A stretch of DNA of 64,000 nt from an uncultured Verrucomicrobiae bacterium (GCA_963788655.1 CAWBHS010000090.1:32001-96000); one strand, 5' to 3'; counted from the first letter of the stretch, positions 49,717 to 59,405 are shown. Numbers and translations are program-made. Notes: generated by a model not told the origin, from the letters alone.

Positions 49717-50824
49717 TGACCGCCGCCTGCAGAGGCACATCGCCGCATAGCTCGCGATAATGACCGAGCAATGATGGCAACACGCGCTCCCACGCGTAAT
49801 GGTTTTCCACGTGCCGGCGCGCCAGACGCCCCATTTCCGGGGAGCCGTCGGCGAACAGTGCGCGCACCGACTGCGCCATCGAATCCGCGCAACGGGGCAC
49901 TGCCAGCAAGCCGGTTCCCGGAACCACCAGTTCCGCCACTGCACCGGCGCGCACGCCGACCACCGGCAGACCGCTGGCCATGGCTTCCAGGATCACCAGA
50001 CCGAAGGTTTCCTGATCGCCGGCGTGGAGCATGGCATCGCTGCTGGCCATGAGCCGCGCCAGTTCTCCCTGGTCGATGAAATGGTCCAACACGGTGACGT
50101 TGGCGGGCGTACGGGTCGGCATATGGGAGCCGACCAGGAGCAGATGGTAGTTCGGGCCCAGGAACTGCATGGTCCGCAGCAACAGGGGCACATGCTTTTC
50201 CCGGGAACCGCGGCCGGCAAAAATCAGTAAACGGGCGTTGTCCGGGATCCCCAGGCGGCCGCGGGCCTGTGGATCGGCCAGCCGGGGATGGAACTGATTG
50301 ATGTCGACCCCCAGCGGCTGAACCTGGACCCGCTCGACGCCGAGCCGCTCCAGTTTATCGGCCATCACCCGTGACGGGGCCAGCACCCGATCGAAGTGCC
50401 GGTACAGGCGCCGCACATAGGCATCCAACAGCGGGTCGGTCCAACGCCCGGCACGCGCACCGACCAGACGCGGCAGATCGGAGTGGTAAAAACCGATCAC
50501 GGGCACATCCATGGCGCGGCCCGCAGTCAATGCGGCCCACCCGAGTCGGTAAGGATCGCCTGCTTCGATCACGTTGGGACTCAACTCCCGCAGCAGTTCC
50601 ACCCATGGGCCTTCGCGGAGCGGAAAGCGGTAGCCCTGGCTGAATGGAATCGACGGCGCCGGCAGAATGCACACCCCTTGGTCGCACGCCCGTTGCGCGC
50701 CGGGCACCAGCAGGCTGTGTTCCACGCACGGCTGGGACCGCAACCAGGCGCGTTTGGCCCCCAGATAGGTCCGTACCCCGCCGCTGGCGGGGGCATAGAA
50801 CATGGTGATGTCGGCTAAGTGCAT
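49709..50824 (-). CDS. Glycosyltransferase family 4
   Basis: SGGVRTYL, FYHSDL, ETFGLVILEAMASGLPVV. Confidence 0.9.
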   Translation of the reverse strand: MHLADITMFYAPASGGVRTYLGAKRAWLRSQPCVEHSLLVPGAQRACDQGVCILPAPSIPFSQGYRFPLREGPWVELLRELSPNVIEAGDPYRLGWAALTAGRAMDVPVIGFYHSDLPRLVGARAGRWTDPLLDAYVRRLYRHFDRVLAPSRVMADKLERLGVERVQVQPLGVDINQFHPRLADPQARGRLGIPDNARLLIFAGRGSREKHVPLLLRTMQFLGPNYHLLLVGSHMPTRTPANVTVLDHFIDQGELARLMASSDAMLHAGDQETFGLVILEAMASGLPVVGVRAGAVAELVVPGTGLLAVPRCADSMAQSVRALFADGSPEMGRLARRHVENHYAWERVLPSLLGHYRELCGDVPLQAAVNA

Positions 50825-51052
50825 AGGAGAGAACACTCACTTTAGATCGTTTTTATAGGCACACATCGATTAAGGACCGTTGAAACGCCATGAAACGGTT
50901 CGCGGCTGTTGTCCACTGCGTCATCCCTGCGGCTGCTGCTCCCGACACCAAGGGTATAGATCATCCGCGTGCCGGCGCGTAGCGAAAACCACCGCTGGCG
51001 ATCGGTTTGGTACACTGCCCGAACCTCACGTTGCCGACAAAACGAGCTGTGC

Positions 51053-51877
51053 ATGAAATCGTCCTCGGTCCTGCTCATGGGCATCGTCCTCACCTCTGCA
51101 AGCGCCGCCGCCGATGAGCCGCTGCCATTATGGGAACTCGGCGTTGGCGCATACGCCTTGTCCGTTCCCGCCTACCGGGGCTCGGAGCAGCGCCAATCGT
51201 ACCTGCTCCCGTGGCCCTACCTGCAATACCGCGGCGACCGCCTGCGTTGGGATCGCGAAGGTGGCCGGCTGCGGGTACTGGGTGGCGCCCATGCGCGCCT
51301 CGATCTGAGTCTTGCCGCCAGTCCGCCTTCGGACAACGACCCCGCCAGCCCGCGCCGGGGCATGCCGGACCTGGATCCGACGTTGGAATTCGGTCCGCAA
51401 TTGCAGATCCTGCTGGGTCAGGACTTCTCCGGGCGCGACACGTGGACCTTGTCGTTGCCACTACGAAAAGTCGTGGTCGTCGACCATGCCAAGCTGCGCT
51501 CGGCCGGCTGGATGTTCGCACCCTATGTCCAATACGAGCATCGTGACCGTTGGAATACCACCGTGTCCGCAGGTCCGATGTTCGCCACCCAGCCGTACCA
51601 CGATTATTTCTATCAGGTGGACAACGCATACACCGGCGTCAACCGACCTGCCTATGACGCGCAAGCAGGTTACAGCGGCAGTCGCATCACGCTGGGTTTC
51701 AGCCGACGCGTGAACCGCTATTGGATCGGGGCGTTCGCCCGCTACGACTATCTAGGCGGCGCCACCTTTGTCGACAGCCCGCTGGTGACGACCGACCATT
51801 CGTTTATGTTCGGCGCCGGCGTCGCTTGGATATTCACCGAGTCGAAGCGCGCCGCAACTGCAGCGCCGGGCTGGTAG
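51053..51877 (+). CDS. MipA/OmpV family outer-membrane protein
   Basis: Signal peptide, PLWELGVG, PAYRGS, RRGMPDLD..EFGP, DSPLV. Confidence 0.85.
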   Translation: MKSSSVLLMGIVLTSASAAADEPLPLWELGVGAYALSVPAYRGSEQRQSYLLPWPYLQYRGDRLRWDREGGRLRVLGGAHARLDLSLAASPPSDNDPASPRRGMPDLDPTLEFGPQLQILLGQDFSGRDTWTLSLPLRKVVVVDHAKLRSAGWMFAPYVQYEHRDRWNTTVSAGPMFATQPYHDYFYQVDNAYTGVNRPAYDAQAGYSGSRITLGFSRRVNRYWIGAFARYDYLGGATFVDSPLVTTDHSFMFGAGVAWIFTESKRAATAAPGW

Positions 51878-51912
51878 CGGTTCTGCCTGCAAGTGCGCAC
51901 GGCCATCGGTAT

Positions 51913-52230
51913 TCATTGTTGCGGGTCGGATTGCGCTTCGTCGTCACTGCCGCCCGCGCTATCGCCGGCGGATTCGATGGCGGCAATTTCTGCTCGATCC
52001 AATACGCCGTCGTGATTGCGGTCGACGGTCTTGAATTTTTCGATTCCGACCAGCCGCGCTTCTTGTTCGCTGACCACTCCGTCGCCGTTGCCGTCTGCGT
52101 TCTTGAACGTGACATCGCCCGCATTTCCGGTGGTATCGCCACCATAAGCACCGCCCCGCTCACCCGGCGCCGCGGATGCGGTGGCGGCGGAAAACAGAAT
52201 CGCGAACACTACCATTACGCGCCTAGCCAT
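51913..52230 (-). CDS. Secreted EF-hand calcium-binding protein
   Basis: Signal peptide, loops DGNGDGVVSEQE and DRNHDGVLDRAE, AAGGAGG RBS. Confidence 0.82.
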   Translation of the reverse strand: MARRVMVVFAILFSAATASAAPGERGGAYGGDTTGNAGDVTFKNADGNGDGVVSEQEARLVGIEKFKTVDRNHDGVLDRAEIAAIESAGDSAGGSDDEAQSDPQQ

Positions 52231-52302
52231 CTGCCAACCCTCCTTGTTAAACCGCCAAATCACTCATCAGTGTAGCGTCGCCATAGCACCTTTCTAACTT
52301 TC

Positions 52303-52722
52303 TCAATCCGCCTGCACCGGGCCACGGCCTTGTTTTTTCTCGCCCTGGCGGCGCTTGGCCTGCATGCGCCGCTCCCTAGCAGCCTTTGACGGCTTGGTCT
52401 TACGGCGCGGCTTGGGCGGACGTGCGGCTTTGCGCAGCAGCGCCAACAGGCGCTCGCGCGCATCCTCACGGTTGCGTTCCTGACTGCGAAAGCGTTGCGC
52501 GCTGATCAGCAATTCACCTTCCTTGGTCATGCGATTGCCGGCGAGTTCCTTGAGCCTGGCCCGCACCGCGTCGGGAAGCGACGGCGAATGCGCGGCATCG
52601 AATCGCAACTGCACCGCAGTGGCTACTTTATTGACGTTTTGGCCGCCCGGCCCCGATGACAAGATAAAACGAAATTCCAGCTCGGTGTCCGGAATCCGGA
52701 TCTCTGACGATACATACAACAC
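52303..52722 (-). CDS. arfB: Alternative ribosome rescue factor B
   Basis: SSGPGGQNVNKVATAV, RSQERNRE, basic tail. Confidence 0.92.
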   Translation of the reverse strand: MLYVSSEIRIPDTELEFRFILSSGPGGQNVNKVATAVQLRFDAAHSPSLPDAVRARLKELAGNRMTKEGELLISAQRFRSQERNREDARERLLALLRKAARPPKPRRKTKPSKAARERRMQAKRRQGEKKQGRGPVQAD

Positions 52723-52793
52723 AGCGGCTCCAGGTTCGGCTCGGGACGCGGCGGATGCTGTCGAAGCAACCGCGGCCACGCTATGATCGCCCG

Positions 52794-53272
52794 ATGAGCC
52801 CTGCCGTGACAAACGCACGGCCGCTCAAGCCCGAAACCGCTGCGTTTCTGCAACGGTCGGTTTCCATCGATATCGCCGCCCGGGACCCGGGCGGGCGGCT
52901 CTGCCACCCGCCGCGGAGCGTGTCCAGGGAACGCCGGTCACCATTCGACACTACCCTGCCGACAACAGCGGGTTCATCGAACAGGACTACCCGGTCAAAG
53001 GCGTAGCCGGGGCCATCTGCTGGCGCGTGCTATCCGAATTCACCCAGCGGCAGCGCACCGATTTCAGCAATCGTGAATTACGCCTGGACCCCGACATCGG
53101 ACTGCCCGATGTCGGCGACAACCTGGAAGCTCGATTACTGCTGCTGCAAAAACGCCTCGCCGAGCGCTGCGACTTTCTCGGTATCGAGAATACCGGCCGC
53201 GGCCGGTTTCGCCTGCGGGTCGACCGCCTGGTCGCCTTGCGCGAGCACCGACATCATCGCGGTGATCGATGA
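52794..53272 (+). pseudogene. Deletion remnant joining the N-terminus of one gene to the C-terminal domain of a GAF-type sensor
   Basis: MSPAVTNARPLKPETAAFLQRSVSIDIAARD, then in another frame IRHYPADNSGF...KGVAGAICW...FSNRELRLDP...DNLEARLLLL...GRGRFRL. Confidence 0.55.
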
Positions 53273-53438
53273 CTTAGCTTCAGTCCACGCAAACACCAAG
53301 GTCGTCCAGTCACTGCCAGCGCAAACCGCAACGTCGATGCGCGCGCGATGCCAGCAAAGTTAGCGCCGAACCGACCAATCGACTCGCCGGCAACACGGCG
53401 CGGGCCAGCCCCGGCCTGAACGCTCAATTACCGCTGTG

Positions 53439-53942
53439 CTATCGCCGCGCCTGGGCCGGCGGCAGGTTCTTGGGTACGAAATCGAAATAAGGCGTGGTCA
53501 CCGCTTGCCCCGGTGGCACGTACGCAGGGGCCGGCACCCCTCGAGGTCCCAAACTGCGGATGAACGCGTACATGGCCTTGAGATCGCTATCGTTCATGTC
53601 CCGCAGGCTGAACCAGGGCATGGGCGGACGCCGCGGCGCGCGTGCGTACGTCAGCCACTGCTGCTCGCTCATTTCCTGCACCTTGAGACGCAAATTGGAC
53701 GGGTAGGTGGTTCCCCAAGGTCCCGCGAAGCCAACCACCGAACCGGTCAGCCATTCGCTCTTCGGAACCGCGCCGCCACCTTCCGGGTAGCCGGGAGTAT
53801 GGCAATCGTTGCAGCCGCTGGTCGAAATGATGTAACGGCCCCGTTCGATCTGCTCATCCGCCGCAGTTGCCGCCGCAGCGGTCAAACCGCCGAAAATACC
53901 GACCAAACCCGCCCAAGCGATGATCACCCTCTTGATTCTCAT
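53439..53942 (-). CDS. Monohaem c-type cytochrome
   Basis: Signal peptide, GCNDCHTPGY, GPWGTTY..NL, PPMPW. Confidence 0.88.
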   Translation of the reverse strand: MRIKRVIIAWAGLVGIFGGLTAAAATAADEQIERGRYIISTSGCNDCHTPGYPEGGGAVPKSEWLTGSVVGFAGPWGTTYPSNLRLKVQEMSEQQWLTYARAPRRPPMPWFSLRDMNDSDLKAMYAFIRSLGPRGVPAPAYVPPGQAVTTPYFDFVPKNLPPAQARR

Positions 53943-54074
53943 GTGCGCCCACTCCCCGCAAGAAAAGCGCCGCAGCGCGTATGCATCAACCACATGAAAG
54001 CATAGCCGGTCGCAAGCGGGCGGGTTCATAAATAAACGCTAAGCATTTCTTAGAAGGTTCGTAACCGGGCAAAG

Positions 54075-54476
54075 TCACCGGTCCGGGTCCTGAACGCCGT
54101 CGTAATAGAGCCATTTGCCGTTCTGGCACACGAACCGGCTGCGCTCGTGCAAGCGCTGCGCCCTGCCCCCGACCCGGCAACGCGCCACGAACTCCACCGT
54201 CGGCGGGTCTTCCGTGGCCGCTATGATCTTGAGCCCCAGCCACTTGCCCGGCGGGGCCCGTTCGAGATCGAGCCGGTCGGGACGGGTGTCGCCATGCCAA
54301 GTGGCCAGCAGATAATCAAAACGGCCGGTGGCGAATGCGGTGTAGCGGGAACGCATCAAAGTCAGACAGTCGGGAGCGTTCAATTCTTGGTCAAGGTAGA
54401 GACCGCAACATGCATCGTAATCGAGCCCGCTACCGCACGGGCATGGCCGATCCGGGTCGCGCCGCGCTTTCGCCAT
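54075..54476 (-). CDS. YchJ family SEC-C motif protein
   Basis: CPCGSG..Y..CC, LMRSRYTA, VEFVA, ERSRF, WLYYDG. Confidence 0.9.
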   Translation of the reverse strand: MAKARRDPDRPCPCGSGLDYDACCGLYLDQELNAPDCLTLMRSRYTAFATGRFDYLLATWHGDTRPDRLDLERAPPGKWLGLKIIAATEDPPTVEFVARCRVGGRAQRLHERSRFVCQNGKWLYYDGVQDPDR

Positions 54477-54484
54477 GGCGATTA

Positions 54485-54748
54485 GGACCTGTCAACGCTA
54501 TCCGCGCCGAGGCGACGGCGGCCCGTAGGCCGCGAGCCAAGGCGCGCCGAGCGCGGTGTGCTGGATGTAAAGGAGCGAGTCGCAACACCGGCTCGCAGCC
54601 TACCGGCCCCGTCCCTTCGGGTTGCGCCCCAAAAGCCGCCATGCAGCGTTGCTCGTCGTTCACTTGGAATAACCAAACTTCTCTCCTCGCACCTTGCCTG
54701 GCGGCTTTTGGGGCAGCAACGCCACCCACGGATAGCGTTGACAGGCCC
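54485..54748. mobile_element. 264-bp MITE-like element with 20-bp TIRs and flanking TA
   Basis: TA|GGACCTGTCAACGCTATCCG...CGGATAGCGTTGACAGGCCC|TA (19/20 TIR match), two long internal hairpins, no credible ORF. Confidence 0.85.
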
Positions 54749-55914
54749 TAGTAAAACCCTTGCTGCTCGCGCACGGCGGCGTCGGCGAGCAGAAACATGG
54801 CGGCGTTCCAGGACTGCCCGGCCATGCCGCACAATGCGTAATTGCGCCCGTGCAGCCACTCGCTGAAACGCCAGTCGCCCAATTGATTGACCCGAGCCAG
54901 ACCCTGCAGCGCCTCGGCGGCCTGTTCGCGGCGGCCATTGGCAGCGAGCGCGAGCGTCCAGAAACCGCCCACGAACGGCCAGATGCCGCCGTTGTGATAT
55001 TGGTATGCCTGATTCTGGCCGTGGCGGTCCATATACGTGCGCCACAACGGATTGTCACGACCAATGGGTTCGCACACCACGCGCACCGGATATGGGTCTT
55101 CCGCGAAATGCCCCGACAAGGTATCGAGAATGCGTTCGCTGTGTTGCGGTTCTGACAACCCGACCAACAGCGCCAACAAATTGCCGAACACATCGCCCTC
55201 GTCGCCCCAAACCGAAAAATTGACGAAACTCAAATACAGATCGCGGTCGCCGGCGCCCTCGCGGATGTAGTCCTGCAGCAAGCGCAGACGCCGGTAATCC
55301 GGTACATGGTCGGTAAACGGATAGAACAAATGATTGAAGTGGTATGCGGTTTCCTGCTGACCGTGCAGATCGTACAACCGCTTGACGTAATACCAGAGGG
55401 CGTTGGAATAGAGCACGAATCCAGACCGGGGCATGATGTCGGCCCAATCGCTGGCCTCATTCTGCTGCACCAGGAACAGTCGCGGATGTTCTTGGCATTG
55501 CAGCCAGTGAATAGCGCGGTCGACCGCGTTGTCCACGACTGCACCAAGCGTATGCCCGAGCCGCTGCATTTGGCGCACCGCGATCAGCCACCACAGGGTG
55601 GCGTCGATACAGCCGACGTACCAGAAATCGGAATCGGCGGCTTCCGGATTGACGTATTTGGGAATCTGGCCGTTGTCGGCCTGGTGCAGCGCCAGGGTTT
55701 CCAGGCTGGCGCGAGCGCCCTGCAGCAGTTCGGGATCGTTCTGCAGCGCCATGCCCAAGACCGAGATCCCGGCATCGCGGGCGAAGATCGAAGTGTAGCG
55801 GCGCTCCCGGGCGGCCTCGCTGAGGCTGGCGGCGCGCAATCCGTGCGGCGTCAGATTGGCGCGCAACAATTGAACCGCGCGCGTGCGGCACTGTTGCAAG
55901 AGTGCCTCGTCCAT
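54748..55914 (-). CDS. GH100/amylo-alpha-1,6-glucosidase-like (alpha/alpha)6 glycoside hydrolase
   Basis: IFARDA, GQIP, DATLWW, DWAD, YHNGGIWPFVGG, FSEW, QSWNAA. Confidence 0.82.
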   Translation of the reverse strand: MDEALLQQCRTRAVQLLRANLTPHGLRAASLSEAARERRYTSIFARDAGISVLGMALQNDPELLQGARASLETLALHQADNGQIPKYVNPEAADSDFWYVGCIDATLWWLIAVRQMQRLGHTLGAVVDNAVDRAIHWLQCQEHPRLFLVQQNEASDWADIMPRSGFVLYSNALWYYVKRLYDLHGQQETAYHFNHLFYPFTDHVPDYRRLRLLQDYIREGAGDRDLYLSFVNFSVWGDEGDVFGNLLALLVGLSEPQHSERILDTLSGHFAEDPYPVRVVCEPIGRDNPLWRTYMDRHGQNQAYQYHNGGIWPFVGGFWTLALAANGRREQAAEALQGLARVNQLGDWRFSEWLHGRNYALCGMAGQSWNAAMFLLADAAVREQQGFY

Positions 55915-55961
55915 TGGAATTCCTTCGTGAGTGACTGCGGAATACGGAACCGAAGAACAGA

Positions 55962-56333
55962 TCAATCGATTTCAAACAGTTTCGCGTATTCACGTGCATC
56001 GAAAAAGGTTTCGATGGACACGATGCGCCCTGCTTCGACCTTTGCCCAGTGAACCACCGGGGTAACCTGCAACCGATCCATTCGTGTTTTGAAATCGAGA
56101 ATGGTGCAAACGTCATTGCCGTCGCAAAAAGTCTTACGCTGCTCGATGCCCTCCAGGATCGTGCCGATGCGACTGATATCGTCCACGAACAACGCGGCAC
56201 CGTCGAAATTGGACAGCGGACTGCGATAGGTAAAACCGCGCTCGGCAAGAAAGCCCAACATGCGATCGAAATCCCGCGCTGCGAGCGCCTCAAAATAAGC
56301 TTCCACCACCTCGCGCGGCGTGGTTTCACTCAT
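55962..56333 (-). CDS. NTF2/SnoaL-like protein
   Basis: EVVEAYFEALAARDF...GRIVSIETFFD, AAGGA RBS. Confidence 0.8.
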   Translation of the reverse strand: MSETTPREVVEAYFEALAARDFDRMLGFLAERGFTYRSPLSNFDGAALFVDDISRIGTILEGIEQRKTFCDGNDVCTILDFKTRMDRLQVTPVVHWAKVEAGRIVSIETFFDAREYAKLFEID

Positions 56334-56602
56334 GTCCGGTTCCTTGAAAACTGCCGGCGAATATCGCCACATACATTCAGTTTAAACCGCCCGGGCGGCG
56401 ATACCAAAGCATCCACATAATATCGGTGGCGCCGACTCCCTTCCTATTTGCAGCGTTTTCGCCCGGCCCGGGAAACAGGGCGTAATACATTGGCGCCACG
56501 CCACCGCGTATCGCGCTAGCGCGACCCGAGCGAACTCCTACACTTTTGGCACTCGCCACACGCCACACTGGAATTGGCTGGACAGACCATAAGGAGATTA
56601 CG

Positions 56603-57154
56603 ATGACCGACAAATCGCTTTCCGGAAAAAAGATCGCAATGCTGTTGACCGATGGCGTGGAAGAGGTGGAATACACCAAACCGCGGGCTTTCCTGGAAGA
56701 GCATGGCGCCACGGTGCATCTGGTTTCACCAAAGAACGCCGGCGACAAGATCCAGGGCTTCAACCACCTGACGCCCGACCAGACGTTTTCGGTGGAAGTG
56801 AATGTCAAGGATGCAACACCCGCGGATTATGACATGCTGGTGTTACCAGGCGGCGTCGCGAATCCCGACCTTTTGCGCCTGAGTGAAGACGCGGTTGCGT
56901 TCGTGCGCGGTTTCGCCGACGCCGACAAACCCATCGCCGCGATCTGCCACGGCCCCTGGATGTTGATCAATGCGGGCCTGGCTCATGATCGCCGACTCAC
57001 CAGCTGGCCGACCCTGCAGACCGACATCCGCAACGCCGGCGGCAAATGGAGCGATGAAGAAGTCGTAGTGGACGGCCGCATCATCACCAGCCGCAATCCC
57101 GATGACATCCCGGCGTTCACCGCCAAGATCGAAGAGATGTTGACCGCGGCCTAA
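56603..57154 (+). CDS. PfpI/DJ-1 family glutamine amidotransferase-like protein
   Basis: DGVEEVE, LPGGVANPD, AAICHGPW, ITSRNPDD. AAGGAG RBS. Confidence 0.92.
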   Translation: MTDKSLSGKKIAMLLTDGVEEVEYTKPRAFLEEHGATVHLVSPKNAGDKIQGFNHLTPDQTFSVEVNVKDATPADYDMLVLPGGVANPDLLRLSEDAVAFVRGFADADKPIAAICHGPWMLINAGLAHDRRLTSWPTLQTDIRNAGGKWSDEEVVVDGRIITSRNPDDIPAFTAKIEEMLTAA

Positions 57155-57160
57155 ACCAGT

Positions 57161-57195
57161 CGCCCCGAAGTACGCGAGGAGCGTCCTTCGGGGCA
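57161..57195. terminator. Hairpin between convergent genes
   Basis: CCCGAAG-TACGC...GCGTC-CTTCGGG stem with no clear U-tract. Confidence 0.4.
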
Positions 57196-57201
57196 CGCCG
57201 C

Positions 57202-57828
57202 TCAGCGAACGTTCCAGGACATGGTAATGCGCGGCGTGGTACCAAAGTAAGGATGCACATAATGCACCAACTGCGCCGGAAACAGGATCATGCAACCGGC
57301 CTCCATGGTCGGTATGAACTCCCGCGTCATACAGCCTTCCTGATCGGGACAAAAGCTGGCGAAGCGAGGGTCCGAGAACGTTAATTTCCCTAACAGCGGG
57401 TGTTCCGCATCCTGCTCACCCAGTTGTACCGCGTAGACGATACTGCCCACGGCCCGCAGATGACTGTGAGGGCCGAGATAATCGCCCGAGCGCGAAATGC
57501 TTGCCCAGCACTGATCGATCACCGGATTGGGCTGTTTGGTGATCTTGCGATAGAACTCCAGCGCCCGGGCATGGATGAAATCGGCTTCAGGACAGTTCCA
57601 ACGCGGAATGTCGTTTACCTTGCGGCCGCCGAAGATCGGTTTGTGGGACAGTTCGGGATCATGTTCCAATTCAAGGATGCGACGGATCAGGCCCGGATGG
57701 TACGAATCGGTATCTTCGAAATCCGTGATCAGCACCGTCGGATCGCGGATGTAGGTCTCCAGCTTCTGATCCTTCGGCCAAACCTCGTTCGGCACCGCCG
57801 ATGCGGTGCTGGTGGTATCGTGCGCCAT
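57202..57828 (-). CDS. Putative 2OG-Fe(II) oxygenase
   Basis: WA..S..GDYLGPHSH, FPAQLVHYVHP, RITMSWN. Confidence 0.8.
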   Translation of the reverse strand: MAHDTTSTASAVPNEVWPKDQKLETYIRDPTVLITDFEDTDSYHPGLIRRILELEHDPELSHKPIFGGRKVNDIPRWNCPEADFIHARALEFYRKITKQPNPVIDQCWASISRSGDYLGPHSHLRAVGSIVYAVQLGEQDAEHPLLGKLTFSDPRFASFCPDQEGCMTREFIPTMEAGCMILFPAQLVHYVHPYFGTTPRITMSWNVR

Positions 57829-57938
57829 GTTGCCGCCTCTCCGGGAAATGCAGTCTTTTTAGCCGCTAACCGAGCACCGGGTCAATGGCATCACTGCAAG
57901 TCCGTTGCATCCGCCCGGCTCTTTACCATAGTCGTGGT

Positions 57939-58700
57939 ATGTCCATGAACCCCAAACATCCCGGCCGCCGCCCCGGCTGGCTGCTCGGCGACAGCGTGCG
58001 CTCGCTCTGGCACAGTTACCGACGGCAAGTGGCGCCGGTATCCGGCCGCGATTGGGGGATTTGGGCTTCGATACTGGTGCTCGGCTTCGGTGCCTGTTCG
58101 GTACTGGTGTTTCTCACCACGCAACTGGGCAAAGCGTTGGTGGGGCAGGGGTTGCAGACCTGGGACGGGCAGGTGCTACGCACCATCGTCGCACACGCAC
58201 CGATGGCATTCGCCGACGCCATCATGTACGAATCCCCCGGCAACCTGCTCTACATCGCGCCGCTGATCATTGTGGCGCTGGTGATCGCCATTCGCCGGCA
58301 GCATGCCTTGGCCGGCATGAGCCTGCTGATCGGTTACGTTCTGCAGCGGCCATTGGTCATCTTCGGTTGGATGTGGTGGGACCGGAATCGTCCCGACTTC
58401 ATTGCCGGCGGCGTCGCTGCACCGGGTTTTCATTCGTTCCCCTCGGGGCACGCCGCCATGTCCACGTTCGTGTATGGTTTTCTCGCCTACCTCTGGGCCC
58501 GCGCCACGCCCCACGTGGGCGAACGACTGCTGGCGTTCGCCCTGGCCATCGCCTGGATTCTGCTCATCAGCGTCGGCCGTTTGCGGCTGGGCTCCCATTG
58601 GCCGAGTGACATGCTCGCCGGCTACGTGATTGCCGCGGCTTGGCTGGGGGTGGTCATTGTCGCCCACCGCCGCCTGGAGCACACCGGCGCCGGCGCCTAA
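57939..58700 (+). CDS. PAP2 family phosphatase
   Basis: RNRP, SFPSGHA, GRLRLGSHWPSDMLAG. Confidence 0.88.
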   Translation: MSMNPKHPGRRPGWLLGDSVRSLWHSYRRQVAPVSGRDWGIWASILVLGFGACSVLVFLTTQLGKALVGQGLQTWDGQVLRTIVAHAPMAFADAIMYESPGNLLYIAPLIIVALVIAIRRQHALAGMSLLIGYVLQRPLVIFGWMWWDRNRPDFIAGGVAAPGFHSFPSGHAAMSTFVYGFLAYLWARATPHVGERLLAFALAIAWILLISVGRLRLGSHWPSDMLAGYVIAAAWLGVVIVAHRRLEHTGAGA

Positions 58701-58810
58701 CTCCCTTTTCTACCAGGCACTGCCGCCGCACCGGGCGTTGACCCTTGAGCCGTGTTACGCAGCCCGCCAGCCGGCCGCAAAATCGCCCGGCTCATAACCG
58801 GCCCGTTGAC

Positions 58811-59188
58811 TCAGATTACGCTGCCGAAACCCTTATCGGCGGCGCCCGGCGGCGGCTCCAATCCGGCAATGGGACATCCCTGCGCCAACGGTCCGCCAGG
58901 GAACAACTCGTAAACGTATTTGAGCCCGCCCTTGCCGTGAAAACGCTCGTCGAGCGCGTCGTGCAACGCGCGCACGTTCAGCTGGTGGCCGCCGGGCGAA
59001 TTGCGTTTGGCGTAGTAGCGTTGCAGTGCACGCACTGCTTCCCAGTGATCCTCATTGAGCCGCAGTCCCTGCTCATGCGCCGTGTGTTCCGCGTCTGCGC
59101 GGCTCCAGCTCCTTGGCGCGTCGGGGAACTCGGGATCCGGTACATAGGACCCCGGATGCATTACGTCTTCCATCGTCATATCGCCCAT
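58811..59188 (-). CDS. DsrC/TusE-like protein lacking the penultimate Cys
   Basis: EQGLRLNEDHWEAV, YVYELFPGGPLAQGCPIAGL, ends DKGFGSVI. Confidence 0.85.
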   Translation of the reverse strand: MGDMTMEDVMHPGSYVPDPEFPDAPRSWSRADAEHTAHEQGLRLNEDHWEAVRALQRYYAKRNSPGGHQLNVRALHDALDERFHGKGGLKYVYELFPGGPLAQGCPIAGLEPPPGAADKGFGSVI

Positions 59189-59405
59189 GGCAACACCCCT
59201 GCTGTTGGCTAACGGGGTCCGGCATTCGCCGTGACGGCGGCCGAACCATTCACAGCTTAAAGATGAACCATGCCCGGTTCGGTATCAAGCACGGGCCCGC
59301 ATAATCGCGGGGGCGGCGGCGACCAGTTCGCACGACTCGGTGGCATGGGCACAAATCATGGTTTATAAACAAACGACGGGCCGCAAGCTGTCGGGCAATT
59401 CCGTC

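Noticed and set aside
50881..50897. TGAAACG direct repeat at 10-bp spacing as an OmpR-family box (also CTAAG-N5-CTTAG at 54039-54053)
   Set aside because: Too short to distinguish from chance without comparative data.
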